Below, in pieces: positions 47,574 through 59,473 of a stretch of DNA of 64,000 nucleotides; within the stretch, counting starts at the first letter, position 1, and each line of letters opens with the position of its first letter. A model generated the notes under the pieces. The model searched no databases and was not told the DNA's origin. It was given only the letters and a program-made list of their open reading frames with translations. A program made the position numbers and the translations under genes. Source of the stretch: Blastocladiella emersonii ATCC 22665. Its lineage: Eukaryota; Fungi; Blastocladiomycota. The stretch spans positions 1,550,001 to 1,614,000 of the forward strand of contig JANHCV010000009.1 of assembly GCA_025594325.1 (NCBI GenBank), given 5' to 3'.

Positions 47574-50500
47574 GACACCACCAGCGCCGTCATCGGAAAT
47601 CGCGGATCACAAATTGTGCGGCCAGCTGCAAATTTGCACTCAATTCTTGGGCCTGGTCGGGTGAGGGTCGAAATCGCATATCAGGATTTCTGGTGAATGC
47701 GATACATGAGCGTGATGGGTGAGGTCAGGGGGATTTTTTGCTGGTGGTCGTGGTGGTTATAGTCGCCCTTGAAGTAAGTTGGACTTTTCATCACAACGGC
47801 TCAGTCGATTGCGCTGTTCTCGAAGGTGATGGACTGACCGTGCTAAGAGCTACAAAAGAGATAATTAAGCGTTGGGGTGGTTGGAAGCCGGGTGTCAAGA
47901 AAAAAATGGCGATCGGATTCTCAACGCTAACACACCGCCAGGGTTGATTCAAGAAGCTAACCTCGAAAGTCGTTCCTGCGCAACGGAGTGAAGAATGTGA
48001 CTCGCGGAAATATATTTAGCGCTCAGAGGAACACGGAAACGATAGACACAGTTTGAATTCATGGGGTCGCAAATCGAGTACAGCATCCAATCCAGAGGGT
48101 AAACAGGCTTTCTCCTGGCGGCAAACTGGTCAACTACCTCTACCTCGGTAGATAAACTTGGTTTCCTGGCCGGGATTGCAGTTTAAAGAGGGCGAAACCT
48201 ATGTTCGCCTGAAGGGGTTTGCGGCACGCATGCTGTTGCGGATTGCGCTCGCGGATCGAGCTTATTAGGTGGACGCCTACCGGCGCGGCAGGCCAAGCGG
48301 CCAAAAAAAGTTGATTTTCTTCAATTGTTTGTACGTGGCCGCATACTGGCCCGATTCGTACAAGTTGACGAGAGCGAGCGAGTGAAGGACCGCTTCCGCT
48401 AGCACAAATGGACAACAATTGCCAGCCTCGAGTAAAGCTGGTGAGTCCTGGTACTTAGCTTGCTCACAATTCAGCGCTTCAGCGAGAGCGCGCGGGACGG
48501 TCGCCCAACCAGTGAAGCACGTCCACGGCGCTGAACCGGCACGTTGCAAATCTTTCCAGACCTGAATGAGGTGCATGCGATCCAGTCGGTGCGATTGAGT
48601 GCCTGGAACGCATCAAAGGCCACTTCAGAGAGTTGCGAATGGTGCTATTCCTTTGCTTGAACACAGGGTCGCGGAACGGCCATGCTCGAGCTGCCTCTGA
48701 CGCTGGTAGAACATGTAACACCCCGTGATCGAGCTTCACTATCTGCCACGCGACGATTTTAGAGTTGAAACGCGACGTGAACGTTTCCAGCTTCATGGTA
48801 GAGTCATGGATCAGTAGGCGACATTCTGTTCGTCACTCAAGGGCGGGTCTCCGACTTGGCGAGCGGCCCTATCAACTAGCTGAAGCTACCGGCGGTCAAA
48901 TCCAAAGCGGACATGACTTCTTCTGATGCGCTGGGAGCGACAGGCGCGGCTCGTCAGCGGCTGGCGGTACCTGTGCTACGGGTTCAGCGCGGCGCTCGAA
49001 TCACGCAAGTAGACATAAACTAGGCGCAATTTGGAAGAAATCCATGGGTTGAATACATTGCATCAACTGGCATCTACAGCATGCGTAAAACATGCACGGA
49101 AGGTGGATGGAGCAAATCAGCGAGCTGTGGCGAGCGTGTAAACTCCACCGTCCGACGCCACCGCAGGGTCACGTTGGCCGCGTCCGTTCATGCTTGGCCT
49201 GCGAGCTCGTTCAGGCGCAAGGTCCCCTTCAATCCGCGATGAATGACCTTTGCGGCTCGCTTGAGAACCTCGCGTCAGCTGCGGTACGATCCGGCCGCTG
49301 CGATGTGCTTGGTACTCGCTCTCGTGCGGCTGAGTCCAGCCGCATCCGTAACATCCGGCTGTCGTCGCGCAGGCAAGAGAGCCGAAGGCATGAGCTCGCT
49401 CTTAGTATGTTCGTACGACCGTTACACGGTTATCAGACCCGGCTCGCTTCTCGGCCCCAGTTCACGAAGGAAACGGGGGGTGCTCGCTGTGGACACGAAT
49501 GCGTGGAATGGGACGGCGAGCTGCGACCCCAGCAACTGTCATGACAAGGGTCTCGTCGCTTCCAAAGCCTAACCAACATCTAAGCTTTGATCGACTCGAG
49601 AACAAAGGGGGGTAACCGCGCGGCCGCGTCACGACCCCGAACGCGCCGTGCTTGCCCAGTTCCTCCCTCCTCCCCTCGCAGTCCTGCTTTCAAGTGCAGT
49701 TTGTCGTTTTTTTTTTAACCGCGCGTTTCAAGGCTAGCGAAACTGAGCGAGAGTCGTGGCACGGCGGGTTGCGAGACGGGGTGCGAGACGCGTCGCGAAA
49801 ACACGTGTGCGGTCACCCGCACGTGACACAGCTTGGCTTGGACTTTGCCGCGAGCGCGCGTCGGGGGAGCGAGTGACTCTTCGCCACGCCGCGGTCGGTC
49901 CCCGCTCTCTCGCTCATCACCACTCGCTGCAATGTATCACCCGTCCACCAAAGAAGCACACTACGATCTCGACGCGCGGCAACCACGCGGCCACCGTCAA
50001 CAGGTACGCGTCACATCCCGCTGCCGCGCCCGCCGCCGCGCGCTTGGCTCCCATCGCGCCGACCGTCGTGTTGCGCTCCCGTGGCGGTGCGCCCGGTGTG
50101 GTGCCCTTCACACTCTGCTCTGGCGCGTCGACGACGCGCTGTGAGACCAGCGGTGTCGTCGCTGCCGCGCGTGCGCACCGTCGTACGCGGGCTCCGCCGC
50201 GCTCGTTCCTCGGGCGCAGCACGGCACAGCGCAAGGGGACCCCACCGGGCTACCAGCCGCGTGCGCGCTCGTCAAAGGTGCTGACACCTGTGCGGTGCCC
50301 ATGTAGCCGCCGGCGCGCGTCCGCCACCAGGGACTCGACATTTTGAAGACTCATGGACCTGAGACCATCGAGCCAGCCTCGCTCGCGACGGTACACCGTC
50401 TCCGCCACACCACCACCGCGTGTCTCATGCACTCACGCTGCACGCTCGCGCCAGTAGCGCCGACAGGCTCGCTCAAGCGGTTCGACCGCGGCCACCGCGT

Positions 50501-51327
50501 GCGTCAAGTCCCAGTCGCAGGTACGTTTGACACTTCTCGTCGCTGCGCAAGAGTTGGCGCGCGACTGACATGCTCGCTCGCATTGCTCCTCGTAGCCCCT
50601 CGTGATCCACTGGTCTCTCGCTACACTATCGACCCGCCGCCTCTCAACGGATGAACAACTGGCGCGCAGCATCCGCAAGCTGTACGGCGCCGTATTCGAG
50701 GCGACTCGGTACGCCCTCGTCACACGCCGCTCGAGGCGCAGCGCGACTCACATGAGCTCTCGGACCTTTCTTGCTTGTAGCAGCGATCTCTGACGACCAT
50801 CTCGCCCGGCCGGTTTCTGTACTCGGGGTCGTGGCGCGACCTGACCGTGGATCGCAGCAAGTGCGACGCGCACGCGGTTTGGGTCACGGTCGGCGGCTTC
50901 GAGTGCGGAGACCTGGTGCTGGCGACGGCGTCTGCTCTCCGCTCGGGTACTTGCTTGTCGTGCATCGTCGTCGCGCGCGGGCCGGGATTCCGACTCGCAT
51001 GCCGCGCGACCCGCGGCGGTGGCGCTCTGACCTGTATCTGATATCTCGCTGTACGCAATACACTCGCAACTTTGCACCAAAACGCAGTCCCCATCGTGTA
51101 AATTTGCCAACAATTCGTGCGCCAACCGGGTCGCTCGTCTCACAAATTGGCCATCAAATGTGCCATCAAGTCGCAGCAGATTGAACGGCAATTGGTTGCT
51201 AATTCGCTGTCCTAGCCGAACCGTGGGCCGCCGCTCAATTTGGTGCAAATTTGCTCAGGTTTAAAATTTGCCTCCAAACCGTGTAAATTGGCCGCAAATT
51301 CCCAAGGCCCGGATTTCCGATGGTGTC
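47574..51327. repeat. Degenerate inverted repeat pair (47574-47645 and 51237-51327), possible old DNA-transposon ends
   Basis: Left arm: GACAC..CATCGGAAATC..AATTGTGCGGCCA..GCAAATTTGCACTCAATT. Reverse complement of the right arm: GACAC CATCGGAAATC..AATT-TGCGGCCA..GCAAATTTGCACCAAATT. The blocks are in the same order, with indels. Confidence 0.5.
49932..51041 (+). pseudogene. Spliced, probably decayed gene of unknown function
   Basis: Two clean intron-like segments (about 50521-50594 and 50708-50780, with GTACGY donors and TAG acceptors) flank coding-like exons. No single uninterrupted frame could be assembled. Confidence 0.3.
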
Positions 51328-52495
51328 TCCCCCCGCGGTGCTCTTCACGTTGGGCTTTTGAGTGCGGTCTCACTTGGCTCGCGGCTTCCATACGCGCTTT
51401 GCCTCTTGACCATGGACGTCTTTGAAGACAGGTGTGCGCGCAACCGCTTCTTGGACCTAATCGAATTTGGCGACCTCGAATTTTGTCCGACTCCACCGAC
51501 TCCTTGTTGAGTATGTGCCAACCGTCGCATCGCCCTTTGGGGTCGGCACTGTTGAGGCCGAGTTGATGACGATATATATCATAGCTCTTTGTTTGTTCTT
51601 TGAGTTTCCGTGCTCTTCCGCTCAGCGAACACTGAAGAGGAGGAGATGAGAGCAGTTGGACAAGAGACACGGCCGTGGTCGGCTTGCAAAGGAATATTCG
51701 ACCCGACCTTCACGTAGCAACGCTTTTGTCGCGCCGTAACGATGGCGACGGACCGTGGCTATGACCATCTCACTGCTCTGCGCTGACACGACTGCGATGC
51801 CATGGCAACCGCACTGCCCCGCGCTACAAATGCCCTGACACGCGTTTTTAAGATCGAGAATTAATCCAATTGACAATTGAGGCCATTTGACGCGTAAAGA
51901 TATGCATTCACCATCATTCACCATCTTTCGGGGCAGCATTCGAGTCACGGGGATGGGCGGAATGGGCGGAATGGGCGACAACGAGTGCGTTTCAAGCCGC
52001 GTGCGTGCGCGCCTTCGCCACTCACGTTCGCTTTTGCCGAGCTTTGCTTGCCTGCCCGCTGCCCGCCCCGCTTGCACCCGCCCGCTCTCTCCAACCCGCC
52101 GCAAGCGCCCGCCTGTACACTATAGAGCGTCGTCGTCACCGCCGCCGACCGACGCACGCACGCCCGAGCGCCCTCCCTCCCCTGCCCGCTCGCCCGCTCG
52201 TCCGCCGCCCGCTGCCGAGGCACCCCCACCGACCGCACCGCCGCCCCGACCTCGCCACGGCACCCATCGAGCGTGCAGCAGGGACCGTCCAAGGGCCTGT
52301 AAAGTGTATGCAAAGACCGAACCGCGAGTGGACAAGAGAGCAAGCAGCTGACGCTGACGCCGACGCCACACTCGTTCCCCGCCTCGCTTCTTGCGCCGCC
52401 CGCTGCCGCCGCTCCCTCTGCTGGACCCGGTGGACCGCTGCAACCCCCATCTCGGTCTCTGCCCCCGCTCCTCGCCCGTGTAGACCCCGCACTTG

Positions 52496-54982
52496 ATGAA
52501 TAGCACCGCCGCTACCAACATGGCGACCATCTCCGAAGAGCCCGAGCTCGGCGCCTCGTCCTCGTCCGCCGCCGCCGCCCTCACCGGGTCCGGCTCCGGG
52601 TCCGGGTCGGGCGACGACCACGACCACGACCTGCAGTACGACTCGTCGTCCTCGACCAACTCGGGCGCCAGCGGGAACGCCTCGGGCGCCGGCGGCCGCC
52701 GCTCGCGCAACCCGGGCCTCACCATCGACACGGCCAGCTCGAACGCCGCCGCCGCCACCGCCGCGGGCGCCTCGTCCAACGGCGCCGCGTCGCCCACGTC
52801 GCCGTCGTCGGCCTCGCCCACCGCGCCCATGACGCCGTCGACGCCGCTGTCCGACGACGTCGACTTCTCGCTCGTCTACGCCCTGCACACGTTCGTCGCC
52901 ACCATGGAGGGCCAGGTCGCCGTGGTCCGCAACGAGCCGCTGATCCTGCTCGACGACTCCAATTCGTACTGGTGGCTCGTCAAGCCGCTGCGCAGCAACA
53001 CCATCGGCTACATCCCCGCCGAGATCATCGAGACCCCCTACGAGCGCCTCGCCCGCGTCAACCAGCAGAAGAACGTCGAGCGCGCCCTGTTCCGCTCCAA
53101 CGACATCCCCGGCGCCCCCTCAAAGTCCACCCGCCCATCGCTCAACCCCAAGACGGTCGTCTTCCCCGCCGACCCGCGCGGCGGCTTCTTCCAGTACTCG
53201 CCCGCCGCCTCGGACGTGTCCAGCGACGAGGACGAGGAGGACTACGACCCCGAGAAGACCAAGACCCCCGACGACGTCGCTTCCAGTGGTTCCGCCGACC
53301 ACTCGAGCGACGACGACGAGGCCGACGACGACGCCATGGACGTGGACGCGGCTGCTTCCGCTGCCGACAAGAAGTCGGACGCCGAGCTCGACGCCGACTT
53401 TGAGGAGCCTGCATCCCGCCGTTCCTCGCTCGGCGCCGGCCTCCTCTTGCGCCAGCGCGACCAGTTCGACGACGAGGACGAGGACTACAACGACGAGCTC
53501 GCCCTCGCCACCGCCGCCGAGCCCGCCGCGTCCCAGGACGTCGAGTTCACCGAGGCGGACGCGGCCGCTGCCCCCGCCGCCGAGAAGGACCTGCGCCGCT
53601 CGGCCGAGCCCGTCGCCGTCTCCATCGAGGAGCCCGTTGCCAAGATGGTCATCGACGAGACCCCCGTCGTCACCGTGACCCCCGCCGCCGCCGCGGCCCC
53701 GTCCTCGGCTGCCGTTTCGGCCGGCGCGTCCCCGCGCGCGACGCCGTCGGCCGACTTGGACGACGACGACGAGCCCGCGGTCCCCGCCGCGTCCGAGATC
53801 GACCCCATCACGGTCCTGCGCATCTTCCCGGGCAACTGCGCCATCCCCGCCGACGTGAACCAGTTCAAGACGGTCGTCGTGACCAAGTCCATGTCGGTCA
53901 AGGAGCTCCTGCGCCAGGCCATGCTCAAGTACCGCGTCTTCGGCCCGCTCGCCGCCGCCCGCCGCACCGACGTGCCCGAGGAGACCATCCTCGCCGACTG
54001 GTACCTCACGCTCTCGTTCAACGGCGCCGCCAACGGGCACCACCACGTCCTCAACCCCGACGAGAACGTGCTCGGCGCCCTCGCCGCCATGCAGAAGCAG
54101 GCCGAGGAGGACGCCGCGCCCGCCGCCACGTCGTCGTCGGCCGCGGCCCTCGCCAAGCCCCGCAACATGTTTGCCCGGTTCGCTTCCAAGCTCTACACGC
54201 CGACGCTCCTCGCGTCCACGCGCCAGGCCAAGCACCACCTCGCCAAGCCCATCCTGCACGTCATTTCGCCCCAGGACTCGTCGTCCATCCGCCTCATGCT
54301 GCACCAGCACTCGTTTGTCGCCAGCAAGGGCGAGGGCTCGCCGTCCATGGCGACGCGTAACCTCGCGCCCGCGGCCGGACCGGCCGCCGCCGCGACTGGC
54401 GCTGCCCTCATCCGCGTCGAGCTGCAACAGCCCGCGCCAGCGGCCGCTGTCGACCCGACGGCCGCCGTCGACGAGCTGCCCGTGCGCATGGCCAAGACCC
54501 TCAAGGTCGACCGCTCGTCGCCCGCGTCCGTGGTCATGCGCGCCGCGCTCAAGAAGTTCTCGCTCGCCGAGGGCCGCAGCGTCGGCGAGCTCCCCGAGTT
54601 CGAGCTGTACGGCCCGTCGCCATCAACGAGCGTCCTCGCCCTGGACGCCCCGCTGCCGCTCGACGCGGCGTCCGGCAGCAAGGCGACGCCGACCTTCACC
54701 CTGCGCCGCGTCGCCACCGCCGTCACGCGGACCACGCTCACGCTCGCCGTCACGTCGCCCACGGTCGAGGAGGCCGCGGGCAGCGTCAAGCTCCGCGTGC
54801 CCGGCCCGCCCGAGGGCTCGCCGCGGTCGCCCGCGCCCGGCGAGGTCGTCTCGCCCGGCTCGTCCAACAAGCGGTTCTCGGAGCTCTTCTCCGAGGCGCA
54901 GCAGCTCGACCTCACGCACATCTTCGACGAGGACGCGGCTGCGGCTGGTCGGAGCGCACCTGCGACGGCACCATCGCACTGA
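52496..54982 (+). CDS. TEA4: Tea4/Bud14-like cell-polarity protein: SH3 domain, RVxF-type PP1-docking motif, two RA-like domains
   Basis: YALHTFVATMEGQV...LLDDSNSYWWLVK...IGYIPAEIIETPYERLARVN is the Bud14/Tea4-type SH3 plus extension. KTVVF at 53150-53164. RA-like segments VLRIFPGN...FKTVVVTKSMSVKELLRQAMLKY and KTLKVDRSSPASVVMRAALKKF. Confidence 0.8.
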   Translation: MNSTAATNMATISEEPELGASSSSAAAALTGSGSGSGSGDDHDHDLQYDSSSSTNSGASGNASGAGGRRSRNPGLTIDTASSNAAAATAAGASSNGAASPTSPSSASPTAPMTPSTPLSDDVDFSLVYALHTFVATMEGQVAVVRNEPLILLDDSNSYWWLVKPLRSNTIGYIPAEIIETPYERLARVNQQKNVERALFRSNDIPGAPSKSTRPSLNPKTVVFPADPRGGFFQYSPAASDVSSDEDEEDYDPEKTKTPDDVASSGSADHSSDDDEADDDAMDVDAAASAADKKSDAELDADFEEPASRRSSLGAGLLLRQRDQFDDEDEDYNDELALATAAEPAASQDVEFTEADAAAAPAAEKDLRRSAEPVAVSIEEPVAKMVIDETPVVTVTPAAAAAPSSAAVSAGASPRATPSADLDDDDEPAVPAASEIDPITVLRIFPGNCAIPADVNQFKTVVVTKSMSVKELLRQAMLKYRVFGPLAAARRTDVPEETILADWYLTLSFNGAANGHHHVLNPDENVLGALAAMQKQAEEDAAPAATSSSAAALAKPRNMFARFASKLYTPTLLASTRQAKHHLAKPILHVISPQDSSSIRLMLHQHSFVASKGEGSPSMATRNLAPAAGPAAAATGAALIRVELQQPAPAAAVDPTAAVDELPVRMAKTLKVDRSSPASVVMRAALKKFSLAEGRSVGELPEFELYGPSPSTSVLALDAPLPLDAASGSKATPTFTLRRVATAVTRTTLTLAVTSPTVEEAAGSVKLRVPGPPEGSPRSPAPGEVVSPGSSNKRFSELFSEAQQLDLTHIFDEDAAAAGRSAPATAPSH

Positions 54983-55899
54983 GGAGGCCCGCCCGCGGCG
55001 CGCAGCAGCTGGACTGGCTCCCCCGCTTCCTCGTTCGTTTTTTGTTTGTTCATTTGTCCTGTCCCTTCTTCGCCTACCGCCGCTGCCGTCGCCGGACTGG
55101 GAGCTGCATCATCATCATAGACCCGGCGACGGCGGCCACGCGGCGGGCTGGTTATCCGCACTTGTAAAATGGGAATGCAATTCACTTCGCATCAAGCTGC
55201 TCTTCTTCATAAGTCTGAGTAGCCGGATTTGACTGAAAAGGGACAGCGACAACTGAGCGGCCGAGGAGGTGAGGCGAGGCTAAATTGTCTCGCACGCGTC
55301 ACGTGTTTTCTCGACGCGTGAGACAGCTCCGCGCGAGTGACGTCAGCTCCCCCGGTAACTCAGAAGTCACGCATCCGCCGAATCGTATTGTGCAAAAGCA
55401 ATGTAGATGCTTCGCGTTTGGTTTTCAATTGAGGGCTGGCGCCCGTCCCGCGTAGCGAGATTGCACCGTGCAGGTGCGCGTTCGTTCCAACGACGATTGG
55501 GTGCATGATGAACGTGTCCTGCGCATCATCTCGGTAGTAACACTTGTTTCCAGGATTGAAGAATGGCGCGACGCAGCGCGGCGCGAATCCCAACTCTACG
55601 TGATATGCTCGCGTCAAGTAAGGGCGGTGTGTCGGAACGCTCGCGCCGAGCGGTGGCGGGGAACCGCCTTCGGTTACCATCACTACTTCCGCAATAGCGT
55701 TGAAGCGCGGGCGCCATACATACGCGCGGACGGTGCTCGAGACAACGTTCGCTGCAGCGGTTAGCGCGAAGTGCGGGTCGACGAGCTTGCGCATCAGGCT
55801 GTTAAGTTGCTTGAACCACGCGAGAAGCGCGGCAAGTGGCACGGCCACGATGGTGGCCGCGGTGCGTTCGGTGCGGTTCGAGCCGAAGTGCTGCTTGGC

Positions 55900-56534
55900 A
55901 AGCGAACCGATTGCATGTTAGCGATGATGCCCGGACCAAGGCACTTGGTGCAGTTGCAGTGTGGTCAGCACCAGTGCAGGAGGGTGCAAGTCAGAAGCTG
56001 ATGAGCAAGTGCGCGGAGCTGGAAGCTCGGGAGCAAGTTAGTTGCGAGGAACTCGTATAAAACGGCGCGGCGCAGGTCGCTCAAAAGCGAGCGCTGGAAC
56101 GTCGATGGGGACGGGCTTGACGTCGGCGGCCGCGGTCAAAACGAAAGAATCGTGTCGCGGGCCGTGCACACGGCCAAGAAAGCGTTGCGGATCCGAGTGG
56201 TGGTCGCTACCGCACCAGCGTACCAAATAGGGCATGTCCAAATTCGTTGCTGACGGAGCAGAAGCGTGGCGGCACTCCGATTGGCAAGCGCGTCGACTTC
56301 CTCGTTGTCCAAGTTACCGCCGTGGTCGCGGACCCATTTGAAGGTGATCTGGAGCTCGCGGGCCGCGATGATCCAACGGATCTCGACCCACTCGAACAAG
56401 CACGATGCGTGGACTCGTGCCTTTGTGTACGGCGGGAGCATCTTGATGGCCGAGTCGGCGGCCCCTTGTTGTCGAGCGTGAAAGTGAGCTTGACGATGTG
56501 GCAAGCGGGCTGGGCGGCGGCTAAGGCTCACCAT
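55900..56534 (-). mobile_element. Degenerate non-LTR retrotransposon 3' fragment (RNase H plus Cys-containing zf-RVT-like segment)
   Basis: ITFKWVRDHGGNLDNEEVDALANRSA (56281-56345) matches the RNase H W-x-x-H...N-E-x-x-D motif. Downstream FQLRALAHQLLTCTLLHWC*PHCNCTKC lies in another frame. Confidence 0.65.
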
Positions 56535-56789
56535 AGTTCAGAGCAGAAGCTCAATTGATCCCAGGGACGCAAACAGCAGTTTCAATCAATCCTTTCACAA
56601 AGACGCCCGCACATGCCGCGCACGCCCAAGCCCGCACGTCCTGCTAGAATAGTTTTATGTGCTACAACAGCTTCCTGTTCGTGACCCCCTCGGTCCTTTG
56701 CCTCGCGCCGGGCCGTCTCAGTTGGGCGCACGCCGCGCGCGCGCGCGCGTCGGGCCGCCGCCGTTTGCTCTTGTGGTTGACCCACCCAC

Positions 56790-57960
56790 CTGGAACGGCG
56801 GAACGGAGACCGAGACCTAAGGACGTCCTCCCCGCGTTGCACACGATAAAGGACCATGTACAGGAAGCCTGAAGGGAGCGATCTGTGTGTCATGTTGGCG
56901 AGGTCAACAATGATCTCGTTCAAAGCCATACCTTGGGCCTTGTACGTTGTCAGCGCGTACGCGAGCTTGAGCGGGAACTGGGCTCAATGGATCGTCTTTG
57001 AGATCCCGAGCTCATTGTCCACGTGGCGGAACGGCGTGATCTCGCGCCGCAGCGGAATGCAACCGTTGGGGAGACTCAGGAGCTTGGGCATGCGACCCAG
57101 ATCTTTATCTGGTCAAACGATGACAGCATCAATGTCGCTGTTTGCTTCGGTAGCAAAGCCTTTGATACGGCCAATGGCGCCGTTCACGATCCCACAACTA
57201 CACGATGCGAAGTCCACAACAGCTGGTTAGTTGACGTGTTGTTGGATCCGTTAATACGACGCGGTGACGTACGGCGTGTTGATGCTTCGCGTAACGATGA
57301 TACGTGCGTCAGCGAACAGCTTGAGGCTCGACGGAATGCGGTTGGCAAACTGACGGGCATCCTCGTCAGACTTCCTGGCCAGGTCGGTGTAGTTCACGAG
57401 TTGCGCGAACCACGCCGGATCCGAGTCGACCTTGAGCAGCTGCTGTCGTGGTTCGAACGATGGGTTTGGCACCGGCGTATCAGACGTTGTGAGCAGCCCG
57501 TAGTTTACTGCCCAGACGAGAAGTTTGGCCGCGTGCTGGTCGTTCTTGGACATGATCGACAGGATTGCTTACAGGAACGCGTCGTTCCCATGAGCTGTCT
57601 GCGCGATGCCGACGGGCATGATCTCGCCATCACCCTCTTTGTTGTCCCTCATTCCAGTTCCGCCAGCACGTCAAAGGTCGACCTGCTCGGGCGTCGCGCT
57701 ATTGTCAGCCTCGAAATCGGCGATCAGCTTGCCAGGCGACGTGTTCACGTCGTCGCGGAGGTTGTCGATTCACTGGATCCGTTCAATGCCCTTTTCAAGC
57801 GTGTTCTTGAAGTGATTGAACGAGTTGATCCAGTGGTGCAATCGCCAGTGGGCCGTTGTTGAGGACAGTGTCTCGATTGAAGCAACGAGGTTTGTATTGA
57901 GCAGAGCTGCGATCACGGCGAAGCCGAGAAACGGAAAACGAGATCTCACGATTCCTTCTG
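56790..57960 (-). pseudogene. PIF1-family helicase C-terminal half, intron-containing, with several nonsense codons
   Basis: IPSSLKLFADARIIVTRSINTP|CGIVNGAIG (intron 57272-57198, GTACGT...CTAAC...TAG) and IH*AQFPLKLAYALTTYKAQGMALNEIIVDL...FLYMVLYRVQ (motifs V-VI). Stops at 56984, 57113, 57569, 57671 and 57770. No Walker A/B found. Confidence 0.85.
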
Positions 57961-58046
57961 AACTCCTTCAGAACTCCATGGAACGCGGAGAATCTGGATA
58001 AGGAAACGTTTCAAGAGAAAGGTATTTGAACAAATAGACAGTCGAT

Positions 58047-59170
58047 TCATGATCGCGAAGACGAAGGGGACTGAGAAGAGGGCGAAAAGAGGAGGACGAC
58101 GCCAATGAGGTTCACCTGGTTCTGCGTGTCGTTCACGCCGGTGAGGAGCAGCGTCATCTGGTACTTGGCTACAAGAGGAAAGCAAGGAGGTTAGCTGGGC
58201 GGGCTGGGGACCTGGCGAGCTTGGTTCAGGGCGCGCAAATACGAACCGATGGTGAAGGTGCCCTCAAGCCCGATCATGGGCAGGCAATGTTGTGCCGCGG
58301 CGCGCGTGGCGCCCGTGCAGAGGGCAACGCGCCCAAACTTGCCGGTCTCGGGGTCGACCCTCAGCGCGGTCTGCGCGAGCGGGTCGTCGGCGCGGACGGC
58401 CTCGAGGAACGACGGCATCTGCAGCAGTTGGAATGGAGGTCAATGGTGAGAGCAATGGGTCAGCCACAAGTCCGGGAGCGTTCTGCCAAATGCGAGTGAA
58501 GTACCGTTTGGAACGACGAGAGCTCGCTCCCGTACGTGTTCTCGCGGATGGCGGCGACCACACGGCCGGCCGTGCTCTTGGACACGCGGGCTTGAAGCGT
58601 AGTGTGTGCGCCCGTCATCACGGCCGACGGCGTGAGCTTGGCGGCCGAGGCCACGCTGGGCGCGATCAGGGCCTGGTTCTCGACGAGGAACTTTTTCTTG
58701 GACGCGGCCGACTTGTTGGTGTGGTCGAACAGGCTGCACTGGTGCTTGGACGCGAGGCGAACGACGTAGACACAACCCGCCTTGTTCTTGGAGAGGGTCA
58801 ACCGGAACTGGCACGGCGGGTCAGTAGCGGGGTCCGAAAAGGTGGTGCCGCAGCTACAATAGCTCAAGAGCATGTCAGCGACGAGCAGCGACCATGGACG
58901 GAGGAGGGATGGGGGCGTACAGGTATGTGCACGCCCGCGCGTTCCCACCCAGCTTCTCCCTGAGCTGGTAGCCGCTTTTGGCGGAGAGCTGGCGCACGGC
59001 CTTTCGCGCGACCTTGATGTCGCTGAACCACTGGCCGCCAACGAGGTGGTCGTTGATCTAGTCGCCTGGAAGCTCGTAATTGATTTCGAATTTTGGGTAC
59101 GCTTCGTCAATGTTCAGTGCGGGCAGTTGCGTGAAGTTTTCATGGGCGGGGATGCGTGTGGGCGAGGGTG
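58047..59170 (-). mobile_element. MULE/MuDR transposase, N-terminal part, three introns, truncated
   Basis: Introns 58920-58854, 58504-58419 and 58246-58169 give LVGGQWFSDIKVARKAVRQL...YLCG...CQFRL...HQC, then SFQTMPSFLEAVRADDP and FGRVALCTGA...CLPMIGLEGTFTIAKYQMTLLLTGVNDTQNQV. The first catalytic D is replaced by E; TAG at 59058; ends before the rest of the DDE domain. Confidence 0.8.
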
Positions 59171-59473
59171 CAACGGGGCGCCGAGTCGAGCTCGAAGGCG
59201 GTGCGACGCTCACGGACGCGCGCCGAGCTGCCAAGTGAAAACCGTCACGTGCGTGTCCTGAAAACTGGGAGCCGCAAAGTGGCGGTCCTGTAACGCGGGA
59301 TAGGTTCGCGCCTGGTCCTGAAAAGCGGGTTTTGCTCCAGCATCGGGCCGCGTCGTTCACCCGCACGGGTCCCACGTGGCGAGCGTCGCTCGGTTTCGGT
59401 TTCACGGGGGTCGCTGCTCAAGCCTCCCCGTCTTCCTCATCGCGGAGCTCCACCTTGTTTGCATGTAAAACGA

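Noticed and set aside
12245-54982. Many long overlapping or antisense ORFs in the track (e.g. 40292-43459, 1055 aa; 31896-34082, 728 aa; 27024-28466; 23437-25023)
   Set aside because: They are shadow frames of GC-rich genes (Arg/Ala/Gly/Pro-rich, no motifs); the opposite or overlapping frame carries a recognisable protein.
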